From positions 1 to 39,201 of the forward strand of contig RBNJ01000149.1 of NCBI GenBank assembly GCA_003990765.1: DNA of 39,201 nucleotides, written 5' to 3'. This DNA comes from Jimgerdemannia flammicorona. Taxonomy: Eukaryota. Positions 11,801 to 20,466 of the stretch are shown piece after piece (positions within the stretch are counted from its first letter, which is position 1; each line of letters opens with the position of its first letter). The position numbers and the translations under genes were made by a program. The notes beneath the pieces are model-generated. The model did no database searches, was not told where the DNA came from, and saw nothing but the letters and a program-made list of their open reading frames with translations.

Positions 11801-14800
11801 TCTGATCATTAATAAAGGATGCCACAATTTCAAACTATAAGACAAAAGGGACCTACTCAATTCTAGTAATATAGGACCAAAGATCATCTACATCAACAAA
11901 CTACAACTCAAGAAATTAGCCAAGAAATGCCCTCTCTTTACTATCTCTATCTGACCATCTAAAGGAGAACTCAAGAATAATGAAGAAGACTTTTCCAAAG
12001 TTAATAGTTGTATTAGACCCCTACTTCAGAAGTTCTAAGATATATTTCCAAAGAAACTTCTAAAAGACCTACCATCTAAATAAGCAGTAGACCATACCAT
12101 CAAAACTATCCCAGATACCAAGTCTGCCTTCAAGTCAATCTACTACATATCTCTGAGAGAAATTAATATACTCAAGAAAGAAATTAATGAACTCCTAGAA
12201 TAAGGATTCATTAGATCTAGTATATTACTATATAGTATATTAGTCCTTATTGTTATCAAGAAAAGAAAAGATCTACAAATATGTATAGACTATTATGACT
12301 TCAATGAGCAAACTATCAAGAACTGCTGCCCACTATTCTGAATTGATGAAATATTCAATAGACTTACCAACCTACAGTTTATGAGCTCTTTTGACCTATA
12401 AAATAACTATTGGCAAATTACTATAAAGGAAGAAGACATCTACAAAACTGCCTTCTGAATCTGCTATAGATATTTTGAGTATCTGGTTATGTCTTTTAGC
12501 TTAACTAATACTTCTAAAATCTTCCAGATACTGATGAATACCATCCTACACCTATATCTAGATAAATTTATTATTGTCTACATTGATAACATTCTAGTCT
12601 TCAGCAAAACTCTAGAGAAATATCTCAAACATCTTAAACTAGTACTACTGAAGCTTTGAAAAAACTGACTCTTTGCAAAACTCAGCAAATGTGAATTCCT
12701 CCTGAAGGAAATTCAATTCCTTAGACACATTATTACTCTTAATGAAATCAAAGTAGACTCTAGCAAAATCTCTGCAATCAAGGATTAGCCTAGATCTAAG
12801 AAGCTAAAAGACCTCTAGTTATTCCTGAGACTAGCAAACTATTATCAGTGATTTGTTGCAAACTTTGCCAAGATTGCTACTACTCTTACTCAAATGACTA
12901 AGTACAGTAAAAAAGAAAAATAGTCCTGGACCACAAAGCAAGAGAAAGACTTTAACAATCTTATAAATTAGGAATCTGAACAAGATACAGCCTTTCAAGC
13001 CCTAAAGGATACCTTGATAATCACTTCAATACTTTAAGCAGCAAACTCTATCCTACTATATAAAGTTACCACTAATATCTCTGATCTAGTTCTTGAAGCA
13101 GTACTTATATAGGAAGGACACCCTGTGATCTATTATTCTCACAAGTTCAATGATGCCAAAATCAACTATACAACTCATGAGAAGGAGATGTTAGCTATCA
13201 TAGATACTCTAATCAAATGGCAACTATATCTTAAAGGAGTACACTTTACTATTTTAACAGACTACAAATCATTAGTTAACATCAAGATCCAGACTACCCT
13301 TTTCTGAAAGCAAGCCAGATGGATGAAAGTTCTCACCAACTTTGACTATGAAATCCAGTATCACCCTAGTAAGAAAAATATTGTTATGATATAATCTCCA
13401 GATCACTAATTGAAAAAGTTATCCAAACCCTCACCTTGGTTATCAACTCCATCATAGAATAAATTATTATAGTATGCACTAATGATAAAAAAGCTCAAGC
13501 ACTCCAAGAAATCCTGAGCAGTGATGATATTGATAAGTATACCTGGTACTATCAATACCAACTAAAGGACAATGCCATCTACTATAAGAACAGATTGTAT
13601 GTTCCTAACAATCAAGATCTCTGAAGGACTATCCTATTTAAATGTTATGATATCTCTACAGCCAGATATTTAGGATTTGACAAATGCTATAAAGTTATTT
13701 CCCAAAACTTCTACTGACCCTATATAGCAGATCAGCTAAAGACCTACATTACCTCCTATGATACCTACCAATACAACAAGTTCTCAACACTAGCAAAACC
13801 TGGCCTACTCTACTCTATTCTAGTACCATCTGCCAATTGGAAACAAATCTCTATAGACTTCATTGTATAACTATCCTGAACCAAGAATAGAAAAGATACA
13901 ATTGTTGTCTTTATAAACTATCTTAGCAAACAAGCATACTTTGTATCTACTGCTATAACTGTAATAACATCTGAAATCACTATACTTTTATTTGACAATA
14001 TCTTCTACTATCATGGTCTTTCTAAGATTATTATTAGTAACCAAAATCCAAAGTTTACCAGCTACTTTTGGAAAGCTCTTCATACATATATATCTTAGAA
14101 TGAAACTTATACTATCTACAACCTTTTACTCTAAAACTAATGGCCAAACTGAAAGAATGAACTAAACTCTAGAATAAATACTAAGGAACTATATTTCTTA
14201 TAGACAAGATAATTAGTATGAATACCTCACTACAGTCAAGTTTGCCTATAATAATAGTAAATAAGTCTCTCTTAAAATGACCCCATTCTTTGCCAATATA
14301 GAATAAAATCCAAACACCCCTCTGATACTAATCAGAACTATTGATGAACTCTCTACTGTCAAAGTTATGAAAGAATTCTTACTCTGAATATATAACTTAA
14401 GCCAGATTGCAATTGAGAATTTATCTTGAGCTTAAGAACAATAGTCATAGTATATCAACCAGCACTATTAAGAAGAAACTTTTAATATTGAAGAAAAAGT
14501 TCTACTAGATATCAGAGGATATTAAGTTGACAACCTCAAGTACAGATTCTCTATAAAGCTGAATAGCAAATTCATTGGACCATTTGAAGTTATTGCATAA
14601 GTTTCTCCAACTTTCTATAAATTGGCACTATTAGATATTATTAAGATTTACCTAGTCTTTAATGTCTAACATCTCAAGTAATATAATAAAAATGATAATA
14701 AGCTATTCTTGAACTAAACTACAAAACCACCTGCACCTATCATTATTAATGACTAATAAGAATATAAAGTTGAACAAATCCTCAATAAATGTAACCACAA

Positions 14801-14924
14801 GAACCACCCAAAATATCTTATCAAATGGAAAAGTTATCTGATCTATAATATAATATGGAAACTCAAAACTAATCTCTAGAATACCACTGACTTAGTTTAA
14901 GAATATGATTCTTTAAATAACTAA
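8862..14924 (+). pseudogene. gag-pol: Degenerate single-frame gag-pol of A1
   Basis: CFYC*KTGHMASVC knuckle (~10717-10758); protease IDSSTSGNFI (~11514); RT motifs ICIDYY*LN, FGLTN-like and VYIDNILVFS (~12576); RNase H YTTHEKEMLAII and FTILTDYKSL; integrase IDFIV*L and KTNGQTERMN; chromodomain EYKVEQILNK...YLIKWKSY (14760-14910). Confidence 0.9.
10835..11240 (+). pseudogene. dut: dUTPase domain of family A, between Gag zinc knuckle and protease
   Basis: FIKLRPTAIAPTKGSQKAARYDLY (motif 1), SSL (motif 2), GGVID (motif 3), IAQI (motif 4), *GSKGFDSS (motif 5, RGxxGFGSS); in frame with the knuckle. Confidence 0.88.
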
Positions 14925-15366
14925 AACTTGAACACTCCAGTATTTATTAATCCATACTATATATTACCTCTCTTGAATATTAAGTACTCTTATAATTATC
15001 ATAAATAAAATCAGAAACTCAGTAAGTTAAGATAAAAGAATACTGATTCTCTAGAAAAATAGCAAAACTGAAAGCCAGCCTATTCTCCCTATACTACTAG
15101 TGGAAAATGAGATATAGATATTCAAGAAGATCCTTTAGAGGAAATTCTCCAGCAGTAAATAATATCAGAATTACTTCTAGCATATAGTATTAAATACATG
15201 ACTCTTTAATATATGAATCTAATATATTAGGCAACTATACTATGAGTATGCTACTTTCTGAGAAAAATGAACATTACCAGACTTTTGACAATTCAAATAA
15301 TATAACAATACTAGACTAAAATTAGAAGACCTCAATGAGAATGTCAAAAGCTAAGAAGAGAAGAGT

Positions 15367-17102
15367 TATAAGTATACAACATCTAAGCCACTGAAATCAC
15401 ATGTCACTCTCAGAACAAATCTAGAAATTATATGTAAGATCATAAAGCTGAGTCAAACCAAAGTTACAGAGTACAAAGTTGAGTCAACTCAAAGTCACAG
15501 AATATAAGAATTATATAAATAGAACTTTATTACTTAGGACTGAATACATATATACCAAGTACTCAAATATATCAAAACAGAGAACTGCAATAAACTAAAC
15601 AAATAACTATAACTCTTGAACATATATACAACTATGACTACCAAGATCTACAACTACATCTATACTGATATTTAGAATGCTATTATCAACTAAGCCATAC
15701 CTCTTCTGCCCCTCATGAATATCCATAGCCTGATATCTTTCTACTTCATGAAAGCCTACTAAAATACTCTGAACATACTCAGCAAAGCCTACTAAATTAG
15801 ACAAATCTCAAGCTACTACTAGATCAACTGCCTTCTAGAAGATATGGTTAAACACTACATGATACAGATATTATCTAGATATCTTAATATCAGAAACTCA
15901 TTATCTATAAATACTAAGAACTTTTTTATAAGTATAGTACCTTTATTCTCTACCTCTAAGTTATTACTACAAAAATAGTTGCCACTCTATCCTATAGCCA
16001 AATTGATGATATGGTACAAGAACTCAACCACAAGTACATTAAGTATATTCAAACTATAGACAGAACCTTCTCACACTCTGATGACTATATTCTGTAAATG
16101 CTCTAAGTAAGATATGCTATAAAGGACATCTATAATATAATTTAGTTTAATAATAATAAAATAGAAGATAATGATCCCTCTGATACCAACATAACCTCTA
16201 GCCAAAGATCCCTGCCAGCTCTGATCACTCTACTAATCTTACTAATGAACTTACAATAGTTCATAACCACTTATAAGACCTATTGGAATAATGACCACTG
16301 GTATAAATATCAACTCACATTTACATCCAACTACTTTAACTATAATGAGGAGACTGGAGAATACAATCTGTACCTCCAGACAATCCTCAAGATCAAATCA
16401 ACAACTCTATCTCCTGAGTATAAATAAAATGAACTACAGCTATCAGCATACTACAACTCTATAACTCATAGTACTATTATCTATAGAAGGTATGCAGATA
16501 GTAAATCTGATGAAAGTGAAGATGATATACTTCTTCTCTATCTACTAATACTTTACCCAGTATATAAGACAGATAATGCCATCTTATGAGATAGTGATAT
16601 AGTTCTAACCTACTACTACATAAATGAATAAGGAGACATAATTCAAGAACTACTCTTCTTAGATAACTACTTTATCAGAGATAATATTATCAATAGTGAT
16701 CTTATTAAAAACTATTTAGATAGCATCTAAATCTATAGATAGCTTAGCAGTTATTAGTATAGTTAGATTAACCTTATATGATATAACTGTATACTGACTC
16801 AGCAGTCAGATGATCTCTTGATATATCAGTTTACACTTATACTATATGACTATATTCTAACTCAATAAAATACTAAGTACTATATCTATAATTAGCATAG
16901 TTCAGATAGTCTTTAATTAGTATAAATACCCTCTCTCCCAGACCTCAGAAACTCAGACTCAAATATATCCAAATATGTAAGAACTTCTGAACACTTCTCT
17001 ACAATATCTCTTCACATAACTACTCCTAGTATAATAATATTATAAATAGTAAATAAATCTATTTAATAACCCACAAACTACTCTTAAGTAAATCTGTATC
17101 CC
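15367..17102 (+). repeat. 3' LTR of A1 (last ~310 bp displaced by A2 insertion)
   Basis: Follows purine tract AAGAAGAGAAGAG (15353-15365); begins TATAAG (TGTAAG in copy A2), the inverted repeat of the CTTACA end; TATA box at 16921. Confidence 0.88.
15634..16730 (+). pseudogene. Unknown ~365-aa ORF inside the family A LTR (U3)
   Basis: ATG 15634 to TAA 16730 with one frameshift near 15855; internal stops are one transition from Q/R/W codons and several are sense codons in the other copy (26541-27639). Confidence 0.75.
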
Positions 17103-17376
17103 TGTAAGAGAGTTATTTATTAAGGTAACTATTACATAATTCTAGAAGAGTTTTCTGGAAGTTCTGGATATTCTGGAAGACTATTTTCTTTAGATCAAGA
17201 TCAATTTTATATAGAGTATATTCTTTATGCTTATTGATTTCAAGATTGGGTTGATGTCTCAATCAAAGTCCTTTTTCAGACTAGTTCTGGATGTTCAGAA
17301 TTTTCTATATTTCAAGAAGTTTAAGAAACTAAGACCAGCTTAGTTGAATTGGTATATCATTGCAGATAATATCTAA

Positions 17377-18905
17377 TGTCACATAGTGGTCGCTGAGTTC
17401 TTCAAATACATCAGATTCTCTTCAAGGTGTATCTCTTAGACTAACTCAAGTTTGTTATAAGCAAGTTCTTATTGGAGTGCCTTCCCAAGATCTTATAGTC
17501 CTCAAACTTCTTATCTTTAAACTGTCTTGTTATCTCTTAGATTGCTTGCAAGGAATTGTGTGTATTGCACTGAGAGGAACTAACTTTATTTCAGAGGAAA
17601 TAAGAGGGGTATTTATACAAAATATAATTCAATGGTTGCTAAGATATAAAGCTAAATATAAATTCCAATAACTAAAACTACTAAGTTCTAGAGTCGGTAC
17701 TGATGGTTGTACAGGTTCAGGATACTGGTATAATTCAGTATCACATCAGAATACCAGAGCTGGAACAATTTCGCATCACCTCAGAATGCCAGTACTGGCA
17801 TTATCCAGTGTTATATGAGAATACCGATACTGGCATTATCTAGTGTAACAAAGAACTTAGAGCAGAAAGTTCAGAATCATAGAGACTTCATCCTTATCAT
17901 TACTGAAGGAGATAAGATCTGCAAACTCATTATATAGGTTACACATTTCACATATGTCACATGGGATGATATCATTGCCAATGACATCATCACATTTGGC
18001 AGGGAAATCGGGAACAAGATCTGGAGCTCTCCAGTCTATGAGGTTCTCTTCCACAAAGTAAGAAACAAATATGGAGTCTTGGGGAGGTCTAACCTGGATG
18101 CTTGGGCCTTAGAATACTGAGATCAATCCTTGCAGGAATTGGTCTGGGTTGTTCTGAAGGATGGGGTGCCAGAAGTCTTCTACTTTATCACTATTGAGAG
18201 TGATAGTGGACTGGGCTTCTGTAGCCACCCTGGCTTCTAGTACATTGATATGGTGGGATAACAGGTCTCTGAAATCTGAGACTCTAATATACTCCAAGTT
18301 GGGAATCAATCATGGTACATACCTGAAGATCTGATGGATCTTCTTAGCTGTCCTCATTTCACATATATCCATGGGAGTAGTATCTTGTAGCTCTTGAGTG
18401 CTGGCCTGTGGGAACTTCCAGCAGAGGAGGTTTCCTATTTCATACTCCTGCTATATTTGGAGGCATTCAGTAGTAATGATGATCCTTGTTTCCATTTCAC
18501 AGTAGTAGAGGATGAAGTGATAGAGGTCTGCAGTACCCAGGTTGACACTAGGAGTCCTTCTTGAGCAGGTCCCCATGGCTCTTCTGATGTCTTGGAATAT
18601 TCTTTCCTCGATTAAGGTGCCTTGGTGGTTCCTTGACCTTGAGGTTTGGTGGGCAGCAGGCATTTCATTTGTGGTAAGTCTTTGAGCTATTTTGGGATTG
18701 GTGGTTCTTGTTGGTTGCTGCTACTGCAGTTCCTCAATCCTTCTTTTATATTCTTCAGGATGCTTATACTATAGTCACAATGACTCACAGTTGGTCATCA
18801 TTGCTCATCTCATATGCCATATGATCTTCTTGTGCTCTGATCTGGTGGCTTGCAAGGAAAGGCTGTCTCCTGTGCTGATGTCATCATTCTGGGGTCACCA
18901 TTACA
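17377..18905 (-). repeat. 3' LTR of element B (1529 bp)
   Basis: Minus strand begins TGTAATGGTGACC after a short purine-rich tract (AGAAGAACGA) and ends ATGTGACA; TATAAATACCCC at ~17607-17618. Confidence 0.93.
17857..18663 (-). pseudogene. Unknown 268-aa ORF wholly inside the family B LTR (ORF4)
   Basis: ORF-track pieces 18451-18663, 18109-18309 and 17857-18054 are all in one frame, separated by three stops; in the other LTR two of these positions are TGG and CAA. Confidence 0.85.
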
Positions 18906-19207
18906 TCGTTCTTCTAAATAAGGATCTTTTTGAGCATCCTTATTCATTGGTCCAGTCCTGAAAAAATTGCTGATCCCATAACCTCTGGCAAGGGGTTGAA
19001 AAGTGGTGTTTATGGACTGGCATCTTCTCTTTGTATTTTGGCATAATGGTGAAGGGTTGCTCCTTTCATATAGAGCAAGGGCCTGATTCTGATCTTGATC
19101 AATCAGTTGACAGTTTGAACTCCTCTGACTTCGAAAGTCTCATGGATGAGTAGTTGCTAGTATCATATCCCTTAGAGAATGGTCTAGACAGATAGCCTGC
19201 TAGTCAT
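18665..19207 (-). pseudogene. Putative unknown 180-aa ORF spanning the PPT/LTR boundary of element B (ORF3)
   Basis: ATG 19207 to TGA 18665 is exactly 181 codons and ends 1 nt before the ORF4 ATG. It has many internal TGA/TAA/TAG (roughly 15), each one transition from R/Q/W codons; at least one TAA is CAA in the 5' LTR. Confidence 0.5.
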
Positions 19208-19260
19208 GAGACATGCTGTTATGATTCATGGACTAGAACCTCGCAGGTGGTCATCATGTT

Positions 19261-20466
19261 TTACTTCTCTTATATAGGTTTGTGGTACTTCTTGAGTCTG
19301 TTCCTATATACTGTAGTAGGCAGTATGGTCCCTGAGATTTTTCTAAGCCAGAAGGTAGTTATCTTGATATCTTGCACATAGAAGAGTCCTTCCCATTTGG
19401 GCTCCAGTTTTCACAACCATGAGGCTTCTATCATATTTTGATATAGTAGAACCTTTTCTCCGATTCAGATGGGTTCTAGGGTCTTGTGATTCTTTTCTGC
19501 ATTCTTCCTTATCAGTACTTGTAACTTGGTGATATAATCTTCAGCCTTCTTCCTAATTTGGTGTAGTCTCCAGATTTCTACATCAATCTGTCTCCAAGTT
19601 AGGTCTAGATTTATAGCTGAGGTTCCATCAGAATCTTCTTCTCTGAAGAGTAGCTCCCTTGGGGTAAAGTGTATACTCTGTGACCATATGTCTTATAGGA
19701 CAGAGAGGGTGGTTGGGAGATAGTTATCCCAATTCTCATATGTCTCTGAGATCTTCACTAGAATGTTCTTAAGAGTCTTATTGGTTCTCTCTATCTGTCC
19801 ATTTTCTTGAGAGTGGTATGCAGTGGTCTTGATGTGCTAGATCTTGTATTTCTGATACATTATCTCATAGAATCCATTGACAAATTCTGTGCTATAGTCT
19901 GTTGTGATTTGCTTTGGTGTCTTGTAGCAGCAGATGATTTCTCAGTACAGGAAGTTGGCTATAGAGAGGGCATTGGCTTCTTGTAATGCTCCTGCCTCTA
20001 TCTATTTAGTAAAGAGGTCTACAATAACTATAATATAGCAGTTTCCTGATAGTGTTACTGGTAGTAGTCCAATGATATCTATTGCGATGTGGTGGAAGGG
20101 GATAGGCTCAATTCTTGATGACCTGGATGCCTAGTCTTGCTAATCTTGTTTCTGTTTTTGGCACTTGTCACACCCTTTGATAAATTGGTGCAGGTCTTCT
20201 TCCATCTTGGGCCACTACATGGTTCTTCTTGCCTTATCATATATATTGATTCCTCCTAGGTGTCCTTACTCATATACTTCCTTCATTACTTGATACTTCT
20301 TGTGTTCAGGTATTACTAGCTTTCCTCCTTTTCTGAGTATAGTGTTGTCTAGTTCAAACTGTTTCCAAGTCCAGTTGATGATGGTGATTATCCAGAGTTC
20401 AAGGTGGTTGGGCATCTTCTGCTGCCCAAGATAGCTGATTAATCCATAGTATAGCTCCTTATTCAT
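19261..20466 (-). pseudogene. int: Integrase of element B (zinc-binding HHCC remnant, DDE core, GPF-like module; no chromodomain)
   Basis: GHLGG...WPKM...CDKCQ, IAIDIIGLLP, IVIVDLFTK, ITTDYSTEF, TTAYHSQENGQIERTNK, KLEPKWEGLF; 402 codons without net frameshift. Confidence 0.9.

Larger units (their letters stand above)
8364..17102 (+). mobile_element. Family A copy A1: near-complete chromovirus (truncated 5' LTR 8364-8822, internal 8823-15366, 3' LTR 15367-17102 interrupted by A2)
   Basis: LTR-PBS-gag-CCHC-dUTPase-PR-RT-RH-INT-chromodomain-PPT-LTR order read by manual translation. Confidence 0.92.

Noticed and set aside
14925-15350. Possible small ORF between chromodomain and PPT of family A
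   Set aside because: A1 and A2 differ by a 7-nt indel and I could not recover one consistent frame; unresolved rather than excluded.
16215-16260. Hydrophobic stretch (ALITLLILLMNL) suggesting an env-like transmembrane segment in the family A LTR ORF
   Set aside because: C-to-T decay converts Pro/Thr codons to Leu/Ile, so hydrophobicity is unreliable; no signal peptide or furin site seen.
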